In this document: positions 37,038-45,445 of the stretch, in pieces
Layout of the letters: every line of letters begins with the position of its first letter
Numbering within the stretch: position 1 is the stretch's first letter
Source of the DNA: Bacteroidota bacterium
GTDB lineage: Bacteria; Bacteroidota; Ignavibacteria; Kapaibacteriales; UBA2268
Direction of reading: 5' to 3'
Assembly: GCA_024280675.1 (NCBI GenBank)
Contig: JAJRPT010000117.1
Coordinates: 1 to 48,209, forward strand
Length of the DNA: 48,209 nucleotides
Position numbers and translations under genes: made by a program
Notes under the pieces: model-generated
Seen by the model: only the letters and a program-made list of their open reading frames with translations
Database searches by the model: none
Told to the model about the DNA's origin: nothing

Positions 37038-39767
37038 ATGGCTGAGAAAAAAATAAGACTCTTTAAGATTGCCTCTGAGATTAACATTGGAAAAGATGCA
37101 ATAGTCGAACACCTTAAGACCAAAGGTCTTGAGCTGGAGAATAAATCTACGGCAATTCTAACGCCCCAGATGATTGAAGCTGTTTATGACAAGTTCAAAA
37201 AAGAAAAAAGAGCCGTAGAGGTTCAAAGAGAAAAAGTCCAAAAACAAAAGGACATTCATAAATCCCTAAGCGATACTGCCAACGAGAAAAATGAGATCCT
37301 GGTCGAGGAGCCTGACACTTCTAAAGAAGATACCCTAGAGCAAGCCAAAAAAGAAAAGGAAACAAAAAGAAAAAATCTTCTTGCAATGCTAGAGGAAATT
37401 CCTGAGACCGAAGAAGAAATCATCATTCCTCCTAAGACAAAAGAAAAAGTAGTAAAAGAAAAGCAAGTAGGAAAAGTAAAAGAAAAAGTAACAGAAAAAA
37501 CACAAGATAAAAAGGACGAGGACAAAACTGAACCACCTGCTCCAAAAGAAGAGAACGATACCCAAGAGAAAAAACTAAAAGTGGGTCATAAGTCCAAGCT
37601 AAAGGGACTTACCGTGGTTGGCAAGATTGAAGTAAAAAAAGAAGTTAAGCCAAATCATAAATCCCGAAAAGGCAAAGACAATAAAAATAAAAAAGGCCAA
37701 GTTGTGGTGGAGCAATCTCCTTCAACCCTAAAGAGACGAAAAAAACGCATTGGCACAGTCGATATTGCAGCCGAAGTATCCAAAAAAGAAAACACAGAAC
37801 AATCCCCTCATGGCAAGAAGGGTAAAAAGAAAAAGCGTAAATCAATTCGTGAACAAATTAATCCCGAAGACGTATCCAGGGCAATCAAGCAAACACTAGC
37901 AGGAATGGGCGAGGGAGCGTCCACCTCAGCTCGTGCAAAACACAGAGCCAAGAAAAAAGAAGACACCCAAGAAAAGCAATCAATCATCGACAAGGAATCC
38001 GAAAGGGAAAAACAAACACTAAGCCTCACCGAATTTGTGACCACTGGCGATTTAGCCAATCTTATGCAAATAAATACTAACGAGATTATTCTCAAATGTA
38101 TGGAGCTTGGTCTGATGGTCACCATAAACCAAAGGTTGAACAAAGACGCAATAGAGCTAATAGCTGGTGATTTTAATTTTGAGATTATATTCCTGGAAGA
38201 ACAAACCGAAAGCATTCTCGAAGACGCTCCAGACCCTGAAGAAACATTAGTCTCAAGACCTCCTATAGTAACAATAATGGGTCATGTCGATCACGGTAAA
38301 ACATCTCTTTTGGACTATATAAGAAAAACACGAGTGACCTTAGGCGAATCAGGTGGCATCACTCAACACCTTGGAGCTTATGGAGTTATCCACAATGAAA
38401 AACATATCACATTCCTCGACACACCAGGTCACCAAGCATTTACCGCAATGAGGGCCAGGGGTGCACAAATAACTGATATTGTTGTATTAGTGATTGCCGC
38501 CGACGACTCAGTTATGCCACAGACAAAGGAAGCCATATCCCACGCCCAAGCCGCCGAAGTACCAATAGTAGTGGCTATCAACAAAATTGACCGCCCAGAG
38601 GCAAACCCCGACCGCATCAAACAACAGCTCTCCGAAGAAGGAGTCTTGGTTGAAGATTGGGGCGGCAAGGTCCAGTGCAGTGAGATTTCTGCAAAGACTG
38701 GGCAAAACATAGATAGTCTTCTGGAAAATATTTTACTTGAATCGGAAATGATAGAAATCAAGGCAAACCCTAATAGAAAAGCCAGAGCAACCGTAGTTGA
38801 AGCTCACATGGACAAAGGCCTTGGGCCAATTTCAACAGTTGTAATCCAAAAAGGTACGCTCAAAGTTGGTGATATTTTTGTTGCTGGCTCATCCTCTGGG
38901 CGTGTTCGTGTATTGATGAACGAAAACAATAACAGATTAAAATCGGTTGGACCTTCGACCCCGGTTAGAATTGTGGGCTCAGACATTGTGCCAAGTGCGG
39001 GAGACGTTCTAGTTGTTGTTGATTCAGAGAGCGAAGCAAAAAGGGTAGCAACAAAAAGAATGCAGATGCAACGAGAGCAGGAGCTTCGCCAGATTCGTCA
39101 CACAACATTGGATGATATTTCAAAAAGTATTGCTCTTGGCGGAATTGTCGATTTAAAAATCATATTAAAAGCCGATGTTTCCGGCTCAATCGAAGCACTT
39201 TCTGACGAATTGCAAAAACTCTCCCATGACGAGGTTAGAGTCGTAATTCTTCACAAAGACGTGGGTCAGATAAACGAATCAGATGTTGGGCTTGCCCTTG
39301 CCTCAGATGCTGTATTGATTGGCTTCCACACAAGTACAACTGCAAAAGCCAAAAAAATGGCCGACAGAGAGAAAGTCGAGATTCGCAATTATGAAATCAT
39401 TTACGATGCGATAAACGACATTCATCTGGCAGTCGAGGGTATGCTCCGCCCAGAAGTGAGCGAAGACACCGTAGGTGAAGCCGAGATTAGAGCTGTTTTC
39501 AAACTAGGCAGAACTGCAAAAATTGCTGGATGCAAGGTCATTTCAGGAAAAATACTACGCTCGGGCAGGGCCAGAATATTGCGTGATGGTCTGAAAATCC
39601 ACCAATCAAACATTGCCTCTCTCAAAAGAGAGAAAAACGACGCAAAAGAAGTTGCCGAGGGTTATGAATGCGGCATCATGGTGTCTGGATTTAACGACTA
39701 TCAAGATGGCGACATAATCCAAACATTCAAAGTAGTGGAAACCAAACGAACTTTAGATAAAAAATAA
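37038..39767 (+). CDS. infB: translation initiation factor IF-2
   Basis: 909 aa with a K/E-rich N-terminal region. The G domain has GHVDHGKTSLLD, DTPGH and NKID. It follows nusA. Confidence 0.95.
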   Translation: MAEKKIRLFKIASEINIGKDAIVEHLKTKGLELENKSTAILTPQMIEAVYDKFKKEKRAVEVQREKVQKQKDIHKSLSDTANEKNEILVEEPDTSKEDTLEQAKKEKETKRKNLLAMLEEIPETEEEIIIPPKTKEKVVKEKQVGKVKEKVTEKTQDKKDEDKTEPPAPKEENDTQEKKLKVGHKSKLKGLTVVGKIEVKKEVKPNHKSRKGKDNKNKKGQVVVEQSPSTLKRRKKRIGTVDIAAEVSKKENTEQSPHGKKGKKKKRKSIREQINPEDVSRAIKQTLAGMGEGASTSARAKHRAKKKEDTQEKQSIIDKESEREKQTLSLTEFVTTGDLANLMQINTNEIILKCMELGLMVTINQRLNKDAIELIAGDFNFEIIFLEEQTESILEDAPDPEETLVSRPPIVTIMGHVDHGKTSLLDYIRKTRVTLGESGGITQHLGAYGVIHNEKHITFLDTPGHQAFTAMRARGAQITDIVVLVIAADDSVMPQTKEAISHAQAAEVPIVVAINKIDRPEANPDRIKQQLSEEGVLVEDWGGKVQCSEISAKTGQNIDSLLENILLESEMIEIKANPNRKARATVVEAHMDKGLGPISTVVIQKGTLKVGDIFVAGSSSGRVRVLMNENNNRLKSVGPSTPVRIVGSDIVPSAGDVLVVVDSESEAKRVATKRMQMQREQELRQIRHTTLDDISKSIALGGIVDLKIILKADVSGSIEALSDELQKLSHDEVRVVILHKDVGQINESDVGLALASDAVLIGFHTSTTAKAKKMADREKVEIRNYEIIYDAINDIHLAVEGMLRPEVSEDTVGEAEIRAVFKLGRTAKIAGCKVISGKILRSGRARILRDGLKIHQSNIASLKREKNDAKEVAEGYECGIMVSGFNDYQDGDIIQTFKVVETKRTLDKK

Positions 39768-40105
39768 TGTCATTGCGTCAAGAAAAAATAGCGAGCCTAA
39801 TTAAAAAAGCTATAGCCATGCCAATTAACGACTTAGCACGTTCACTTAGCACAGGTTCTTTTGCGACAGTCACGAGCGTTAAAGTTTCTAGCGACCTTGG
39901 AATAGCCAAAATATATTTGTCGATTATGGGTGGCAAGAAAACACCACTCGAACTACTTGCACTTATCGAATCCAGAAAATCTACTTTGCGACATTCTTTG
40001 GCAAAATCTGTACGTTTGAAATTTGTACCTGAGATACGAATTTTCCTCGATGACACATTCGAGCAGATGGAACGAGTCCAACAACTACTAGACAAGAGCA
40101 AATAA
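39767..40105 (+). CDS. rbfA: ribosome-binding factor A
   Basis: 112 aa. The start overlaps the infB stop, it occupies the conserved position, and it has a ..VTSVKVSSDLGIAKIYLS.. pattern. Confidence 0.88.
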   Translation: MSLRQEKIASLIKKAIAMPINDLARSLSTGSFATVTSVKVSSDLGIAKIYLSIMGGKKTPLELLALIESRKSTLRHSLAKSVRLKFVPEIRIFLDDTFEQMERVQQLLDKSK

Positions 40106-40836
40106 TGAAGTTCCTCACAAGAGAACTAATTGGCTCGCTGGGTCCAGAAGAGATTAGAAATGTTGCCCAGCAGAGCGGTCTTTTTTTGCTAATCGACAAG
40201 GATTTGAAATGGACATCATTCAACGTGATTGGAAAACTTAGGGGGATATTGGGGATAAGAAAGATTGGGCATGCTGGCACACTCGACCCGCTTGCTAGTG
40301 GATTATTACTCTTGGGGATTGGCAGAGGAACCAAGAAATTGGGCGAGCTGACTGCTTTGGACAAAGTATATTCGGGTGAGATCAAGTTGGGCGCAAAGAC
40401 TGAGAGTGATGACAGAGAATACCCAGAAACCTGGCTTGCAGATTGCTCAGCAATTAATGAAATTGAGATTGAAAAAGTAAGAAAAGAATTTGTGGGGAAA
40501 ATATCACAATTACCTCCACGCTTTTCTGCAAAGAAGATTAAGGGTCGCAAGATGTATGATATGGCTCGAAAAGGTCAGCACTTCGAACGAACAGAATCTA
40601 TTGTAGAGCTTCATTCTTTTGATATTTTGGAGTACAAAGACACAATTATAAAATTCAGAATTCACTGCTCAAAGGGGACTTACATAAGAGCCATTGCCAG
40701 AGATTTTGGAGACAAGTTAGGAGTTGGAGGATATTTGTATTCTTTGAGGCGTGAAAAAATTGCTAATTTTGACATATCCGATGCGGTAACAATTTCTGAA
40801 ATAAATGAGATGCTATCATCTGAAAAATCTATTTAG
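40105..40836 (+). CDS. truB: tRNA pseudouridine(55) synthase
   Basis: 243 aa with the catalytic GHAGTLDPLASGLL motif. It overlaps the rbfA stop. Confidence 0.92.
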   Translation: MKFLTRELIGSLGPEEIRNVAQQSGLFLLIDKDLKWTSFNVIGKLRGILGIRKIGHAGTLDPLASGLLLLGIGRGTKKLGELTALDKVYSGEIKLGAKTESDDREYPETWLADCSAINEIEIEKVRKEFVGKISQLPPRFSAKKIKGRKMYDMARKGQHFERTESIVELHSFDILEYKDTIIKFRIHCSKGTYIRAIARDFGDKLGVGGYLYSLRREKIANFDISDAVTISEINEMLSSEKSI

Positions 40837-40844
40837 AACTAGAT

Positions 40845-41783
40845 ATGAATATTTACAGAAGCATAGACGAGGTTCCTTACGACAAAAACACTGTTCTTGC
40901 CGTCGGTTCATTCGACGGTTTACACCTTGGTCATTTGTCAGTATTGGAGCGTTTGATAGATCTCAGCGAAGAAGACAACTTGCGAAACTTACTCGTAACA
41001 TTCGACCCACACCCGCAAGTCTTTTTCCAATCCCAGACTGGTATTCCATTTTCATTATTAACCACAAGCCAAGAAAAAATTTCAACACTAGAAGATTTAG
41101 GAATCGACAATGTATTAATACTTAGCTTCGATAAGAAATTTTCTCAAACATCAGCAAATGATTTCGTTGAGCAATCTTTGGTAGGGTCTATTGGTGTGGA
41201 AAAAATAATTATTGGCTACGATCATTTTTTTGGAAAAGACAGATCGGGCGACATTGAACTGCTAAAAAAACTTAAAGCCAAGCACCATTTTGAGATCGAG
41301 CGAATCGAGGCATTTGCTCAGAATGAAACAGTATTTTCTAGCACAGAGATTAGATTAACCCTTGCCAGTGGCGATCTCATCTCTGCCAACATGATGCTTG
41401 GTCGCCCCTATTCAATTTCTGGAGTGGTCAAAGAGGGCGAAAAAAGAGGGCGTACTATTGGATTCCCCACAGCAAATATTTACCCACAAGACCCGAACAA
41501 GCTGATATTAATGTCTGGAGTTTATGCCGTCAGCACAATGCACTGTGATAAACTGCTTTATGGGATGGCAAATATCGGCACTCGTCCAACTTTCGGGGGC
41601 GAGCAAAAGCAGTTAATAGAAGTGAATTTCTTTGATTTCTCAGAAAATCTTTACGGCAAGGAAATGAGCATTAATTTTCATCATTTTCTTAGGATGGAAA
41701 GAAAGTTTGAATCAAGCTCTCAATTAAGCACTCAAATCCAAAGCGATGAAAGCCAATGCAGAGAATTATTCAACATTAATTAA
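40845..41783 (+). CDS. ribF: bifunctional riboflavin kinase/FAD synthetase
   Basis: 312 aa with N-terminal GSFDGLHLGH. The C-terminal kinase part has GFPTANI and ..E.NFFDF..NLYG... Confidence 0.9.
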   Translation: MNIYRSIDEVPYDKNTVLAVGSFDGLHLGHLSVLERLIDLSEEDNLRNLLVTFDPHPQVFFQSQTGIPFSLLTTSQEKISTLEDLGIDNVLILSFDKKFSQTSANDFVEQSLVGSIGVEKIIIGYDHFFGKDRSGDIELLKKLKAKHHFEIERIEAFAQNETVFSSTEIRLTLASGDLISANMMLGRPYSISGVVKEGEKRGRTIGFPTANIYPQDPNKLILMSGVYAVSTMHCDKLLYGMANIGTRPTFGGEQKQLIEVNFFDFSENLYGKEMSINFHHFLRMERKFESSSQLSTQIQSDESQCRELFNIN

Positions 41784-41871
41784 TTTTATTTTATTTAATG
41801 TATTTTTTTCATTAACTTTGTTTTTTGTATTCAAACAAATATTTTGGAAAATAATAAATGGAAAGCGATAA

Positions 41872-42138
41872 ATGGTAAGTGTTCAAGAGAAAAAAGAGCT
41901 TGTGGAAAAATTTGGCGGAGACACCAAAAACACAGGCAAGCCCGAAGTACAAATAGCTATCTTAACATCGAGAATCAAAGATTTAACAGCTCATGTTGGC
42001 ATCCATAAAAAAGACAATCACACACGTCGTGGTCTAATTGCACTGGTATCAAAGAGGCGTAAGTTGCTTTCTTATCTGCAGAATCGCCATATTGAACGCT
42101 ATAGAGTTATCATTGCCGAACTAGGATTACGAAAATAG
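41872..42138 (+). CDS. rpsO: 30S ribosomal protein S15
   Basis: 88 aa. TGKPEVQIAILTSRIKDLTAHV..HKKDNHTRRGL...VSKRRKLLSYL is the S15 signature. Confidence 0.95.
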   Translation: MVSVQEKKELVEKFGGDTKNTGKPEVQIAILTSRIKDLTAHVGIHKKDNHTRRGLIALVSKRRKLLSYLQNRHIERYRVIIAELGLRK

Positions 42139-42156
42139 GTCACGCCATGACTTTTT
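42137..42156 (+). terminator. weak hairpin plus T5 overlapping the rpsO stop (possible leaky terminator)
   Basis: AGGTCA-CGCCA-TGACTT forms 6 bp including one G-U pair, followed by TTT. Confidence 0.35.
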
Positions 42157-42276
42157 AAAGGTGGGTTGCAGAAGGTGGGTTAGTAGAAGGTGGGTTGCAG
42201 AAAGGTGGGTTGTAGAAGATGGGTTGCAGAAGGTGGGTTAGTAGAAAGTCGGGTTGTAGAAAGGTGGGCTGTATAG
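42157..42276 (+). repeat. tandem array, 8 units of 14-15 nt (last unit 17 nt), consensus AAGGTGGGTTGYAG
   Basis: Read directly. Units start at 42157, 42172, 42187, 42201, 42216, 42230, 42245 and 42260. The array is G-rich and nearly C-free on the plus strand. Units 1-2 and 5-6 form a near-identical higher-order pair. Confidence 0.9.
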
Positions 42277-42307
42277 TATGTGCGGGGCTATAAATATTTG
42301 GCATTGA

Positions 42308-42337
42308 TTGACAATTCCGAATTGCCTCTGGTAAAAT
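42308..42337 (+). promoter_or_regulatory. candidate sigma-70-type promoter for pnp
   Basis: TTGACA (42308-42313), an 18-nt spacer, then TAAAAT (42332-42337), 118 nt upstream of the pnp ATG. Confidence 0.4.
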
Positions 42338-42397
42338 GTCCACAGGACAAAAACAATATGAATTCATATCGGAAAAATTAAATAGAAAGTGTTTTAC

Positions 42398-42438
42398 AGT
42401 CATTATGGTGAAAAATATTCCCTAATGGCTTTTTTTTT
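42398..42438 (+). terminator. hairpin plus T9 in the pnp 5' leader (attenuator or processing-site candidate, or distal rpsO terminator)
   Basis: AGTCATTATGG (42398-42408) pairs with CCCTAATGGCT (42420-42430), with one G-U pair and one mismatch and an 11-nt loop. T9 at 42430-42438 follows, then A7, 17 nt before the pnp ATG. Confidence 0.5.
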
Positions 42439-42455
42439 AAAAAAATATATATAAT

Positions 42456-44738
42456 ATGTACAAAGTAAGTATAGAGATAGAAGGGAGAGAGTACTCCCTT
42501 GAAGCCGGCAAATATGCAAAATTTGCAAACGGCTCAGTAATGGTTCGCTCAGGCGACACAATGGTACTGGTAACGGCAACGGCTGGAACCACGCCAAAAG
42601 ATTTAGATTTTCTACCACTTTCGGTAGAATACCGTGAGAAGATGGCATCGGCTGGCAAAATCCCTGGTGGATTCCTAAAGCGTGAGGCACGTCCTTCCAC
42701 AAAAGAAATTCTGGTAGCTCGTCTTATCGACCGACCATGCCGTCCATTATTCCCAAAAGATTGGAATTATGAGACACAAATCATAGCCAATGCCTTCTCG
42801 GCCGAGCCCGATGTCGATCCCGAGAACCTGGCATGCCTTGGTGCTTCGGCAGCACTTATTATTTCTAATATTCCGTTTGCCGGTCCAATTTCGGAAGTTC
42901 GTGTTGGTCGCTTGGATGGGAAATTTATATCAAATCCGTCGCCATCTCAACTTGAGCAATGCGATATAGACATCACGGTCGCAGGAACTAACTCAGCCGT
43001 CAACATGGTCGAGGGAGAATCAGACGAGATTTCTGAATCAGAATTCCTTGAAGCAGTTACCTATGGCCACGCTCGAGTCAAAGAATTAAACAATCTCCAA
43101 CTGGAACTAGCCAAACTCATTTCTAGCCCCAAGCGGGAATTTGAACTGAGGGAAACTCCCGAGGAATTTGTTGAATTTGTGGAAAATTCTGTTGGAAATG
43201 AACTCAAGGAATATGTACACAAGGTGACTACAAAATCCGAGCGTACAGAAACTCGTCGTTTACTAAAAGAAAAAGCAGTTGCCCTAGCCAAAGAAAAATA
43301 CGCCGAATCAGAAGAATATTCTGACAACTACGAAAAATACATTGGTCAAGGTTTTGGCAAACTAGAAAAATCTGAAATGAGGAAAATGATTGTCGAAGAC
43401 GGCAAACGTCTTGACGGTCGCAAACTGGACGAAGTCCGCCCAATCTCGGGCGAAGTTGGGCTTTTGCCACGTGTCCACGGCTCGGCACTTTTCACAAGAG
43501 GGGAGACCCAGTCTCTGACCACCTGTACACTCGGCACAAAAACGGATGAACAGATGGTGGATGGACTTCTTCCCACCTACACAGCAAAATTTTACCTTCA
43601 TTATAATTTCCCACCTTATTCAGTGGGCGAAACCGGTCGTATGTTCGGAGTATCACGCCGTGAGATAGGTCACGGGAACTTGGCCGAACGTGCACTCAAA
43701 CGCATGATTTCCGACGACAAGGACTTCCCCTACACCGTTCGCATAGTTTCTGAGATATTGGAGTCAAATGGCTCCTCGTCAATGGCAACTGTTTGTGCTG
43801 GTTCAATGTCAATGATGGATTCAGGTTTGCCGGTAAAGAAAGCTGTTTCTGGAATCGCAATGGGACTCATTATCGAAGATGGAAAAACAGCAATTCTTTC
43901 TGATATTCTTGGAGACGAGGATTACCTCGGCGACATGGATTTCAAAGTTGCAGGCACAAGGGACGGAATTACTGCTTGTCAGATGGACATGAAGATTGAG
44001 GGGATTACCATTGAGCTTTTAGAATCTGCTTTGTCCCAGGCCAATGTCGGTCGCTTGCACATTCTGGACAAGATGGCAGAAACAATATCTGAATCTCGTC
44101 AGGAGCTTTCCGAGTACGCTCCAAGGTTTACTGTGATGAAAATTGCGACCGATGAAATTGGTGCAGTAATTGGTTCTGGTGGTTCGGTAATTCGTGAGAT
44201 TTGTGCAGATTGCGATGTTGAAATTAATATCGAAGATGATGGAACAGTGACCATCGCTGCTACAAATGGCGAAAATGCCAAAAAAGCACAAGACTTCATT
44301 GAGCAACTTCTTGCAAAACCAGAGGTGGGTGTTGTCTATGATGGCCTTATAAAAGAGCTTCGAGAAGGTCTTGGTGCCTTTGTTGAAATCATGCCAAAAA
44401 TAGTTGGACTTCTTCATATTTCACAAATTGATTGGAAGCGAGTCGATGATATGACTCCTTACTTTAATGTTGGAGACAAAGTCCAAGTGAAATGTATGGA
44501 CGTTTCACCTGATGGCAAAATGAAACTTTCCCGCCGTGAGTTGATTGATAAACCAGAAGGTTGGGTCGATCGCCCTCCACGCCAACGTTCAAATGACAGA
44601 CGAGGCGGAAGAGATGATCGAGGAGGCCGTGGTGGTGGAGACAGAAGAGACTCTCGTCCTCCAAGACGTGATGACAGGCGTTCGCCGGACAACAGAGACA
44701 GAAACAATCCTCCAAACGAGCGGCATTCTGAAATTTAA
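42456..44738 (+). CDS. pnp: polyribonucleotide nucleotidyltransferase (PNPase) with an Arg/Asp/Gly-rich C-terminal extension
   Basis: 760 aa with two RNase PH-like halves, then KH and S1 regions (..[14 protein letters not shown]..; ..[19 protein letters not shown]..). A 56-aa low-complexity tail starts at nt 44568. Confidence 0.95.
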   Translation: MYKVSIEIEGREYSLEAGKYAKFANGSVMVRSGDTMVLVTATAGTTPKDLDFLPLSVEYREKMASAGKIPGGFLKREARPSTKEILVARLIDRPCRPLFPKDWNYETQIIANAFSAEPDVDPENLACLGASAALIISNIPFAGPISEVRVGRLDGKFISNPSPSQLEQCDIDITVAGTNSAVNMVEGESDEISESEFLEAVTYGHARVKELNNLQLELAKLISSPKREFELRETPEEFVEFVENSVGNELKEYVHKVTTKSERTETRRLLKEKAVALAKEKYAESEEYSDNYEKYIGQGFGKLEKSEMRKMIVEDGKRLDGRKLDEVRPISGEVGLLPRVHGSALFTRGETQSLTTCTLGTKTDEQMVDGLLPTYTAKFYLHYNFPPYSVGETGRMFGVSRREIGHGNLAERALKRMISDDKDFPYTVRIVSEILESNGSSSMATVCAGSMSMMDSGLPVKKAVSGIAMGLIIEDGKTAILSDILGDEDYLGDMDFKVAGTRDGITACQMDMKIEGITIELLESALSQANVGRLHILDKMAETISESRQELSEYAPRFTVMKIATDEIGAVIGSGGSVIREICADCDVEINIEDDGTVTIAATNGENAKKAQDFIEQLLAKPEVGVVYDGLIKELREGLGAFVEIMPKIVGLLHISQIDWKRVDDMTPYFNVGDKVQVKCMDVSPDGKMKLSRRELIDKPEGWVDRPPRQRSNDRRGGRDDRGGRGGGDRRDSRPPRRDDRRSPDNRDRNNPPNERHSEI

Positions 44739-44776
44739 ATTCTTTAGCAAAATCATATTTCAGAAGAATTAACAGT

Positions 44777-44810
44777 AAATCCAGTTTAATTAATTTTAAG
44801 CTGGATTTTT
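44777..44810 (+). terminator. intrinsic terminator of pnp
   Basis: AAATCCAGTTTAA (44777-44789) pairs with TTAAGCTGGATTT (44796-44808): 13 bp with one G-U pair and a 6-nt loop. The stem runs into a T5 stretch. Confidence 0.7.
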
Positions 44811-44818
44811 AATTACTT

Positions 44819-44899
44819 AACACTAGTGTTGCTAACACTAATGTCGCTAACACCAATGTTATTAAATAATTCTTTAGTATTTTCGTGTCTGCAATAAAA
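44819..44899 (+). repeat. repeat element copy 1: 15-nt tandem units (2 full plus 1 partial) followed by a 39-nt conserved flank
   Basis: The array AACACTAGTGTTGCT / AACACTAATGTCGCT / AACACCAATGTT spans 44819-44860. ATTAAATAATTCTTTAGTATTTTCGTGTCTGCAATAAAA follows at 44861-44899. The first unit contains the perfect 12-nt palindrome AACACTAGTGTT (44819-44830). Confidence 0.9.
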
Positions 44900-44910
44900 T
44901 GGGATTTCCT

Positions 44911-45117
44911 ATGAACTTGATTGAAGAAATAGACAAACTGAATGTCAGTAAAAAGCTCCAGCTCATTGATTATATGTTTGCTAGCATCAAAGGTTCTGTC
45001 CTTTCATGCAATGATGAGCCTTTATTATACCAAGAGGTAGAAAAAAGATGGAACACAACAAAAGAAGAAGATTACATTCCTTACCAGAGAATAAAAAAAG
45101 AGTTTGGGTTTGAATGA
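44911..45117 (+). CDS. putative addiction-module antitoxin component (partner of RelE/ParE toxins)
   Basis: MNLIEEIDKLNVSKKLQLIDYMFASI.....EVEKRW......YIPYQRIKKEF fits the small antitoxin family usually paired with ParE/RelE. Its stop overlaps the next ORF start (ATGA at 45114-45117). The track start at ATG 44899 is an alternative. Confidence 0.6.
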   Translation: MNLIEEIDKLNVSKKLQLIDYMFASIKGSVLSCNDEPLLYQEVEKRWNTTKEEDYIPYQRIKKEFGFE

Positions 45118-45404
45118 AACTGCTGTTTCATAGCCTAGTTCGTAAAGATTTGGCCGAAGCTTTAAAGTATTACGAAAAGTTTTCTGTGGTATTGGCCAAT
45201 AAATTTCACAAGGACTTGAATAAAACATTTGATAACATCATCTCCAATCCAGATGCTGAGTATTCAGATAAAGATATTATTTCTAATCCCCAAACCAGTG
45301 GCATTCCAATATTTAAATTCTTAAACACTAGTGTCGCTAACACTAATGTCGCTAACACTAATGTCGCTAACACTAATGTCGCTAACACTAGTGCTATTAA
45401 ATAA
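45114..45404 (+). pseudogene. RelE/ParE-family toxin remnant; its 3' part is replaced by read-through into the tandem repeat
   Basis: The first 55-60 aa or so (MKLLFHSLVRKDLAEALKYYEKFSVVLANKFHKDLNKTFDNIISNP) follow the ParE/RelE N-terminal pattern. The rest (..NTSVANTNVANTNVANTNVANTSAIK*) is a translation of the 15-nt array, and the conserved C-terminal beta-strands are absent. Confidence 0.5.
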
Positions 45405-45434
45405 TTCTTTAGTATTTTCGTGTCTGCAATAAAA
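45324..45434 (+). repeat. repeat element copy 2: 15-nt tandem units (4 full plus 1 partial) followed by the same 39-nt flank
   Basis: The array spans 45324-45395: AACACTAGTGTCGCT, then AACACTAATGTCGCT three times, then AACACTAGTGCT. The 39-nt flank at 45396-45434 is identical to 44861-44899. Confidence 0.92.
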
Positions 45435-45445
45435 AAAAACCTCTT

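Noticed and set aside
36631-38215. Several Ser-rich antisense ORFs (36631-36993, 37256-37525, 37808-38215) opposite the nusA tail and the infB N-terminal region.
   Set aside because: GAA/GAG/AAA-rich sense codons generate open TTC/CTC/TTT antisense frames. There is no independent support.
39778-40550. Antisense ORFs of 107 aa (39778-40101) and 189 aa (39981-40550) opposite rbfA and truB.
   Set aside because: They are completely shadowed by strongly supported conserved genes (rbfA and truB with the GHAGTLDPLASGLL motif). Their composition is low-complexity.
40805-41125. A 106-aa plus-strand ORF overlapping the truB end and the ribF start in another frame.
   Set aside because: It is Arg-rich shadow frame inside ribF, which has clear GSFDGLHLGH and kinase motifs.
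42155-42702. Minus-strand ORFs (82, 99 and 87 aa) over the rpsO-pnp spacer and the pnp start.
   Set aside because: One is a translation of the G-rich array (NPP.. repeats). The others overlap the well-supported pnp start. No motifs are present.
44459-44772. ORFs on both strands overlapping the PNPase tail region (82, 83 and 75 aa).
   Set aside because: They arise from the low-complexity Arg/Asp/Gly-coding DNA. The pnp frame is continuous with the S1 domain and ends just before a good terminator.
44819-45434. Whether the repeats bracketing the TA cassette are integron attC sites (chromosomal integron cassette).
   Set aside because: I could not find RYYYAAC / GTTRRRY core sites or the imperfect inverted-repeat architecture of attC. 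The elements are direct tandem units plus a promoter-like flank. No intI gene is present.
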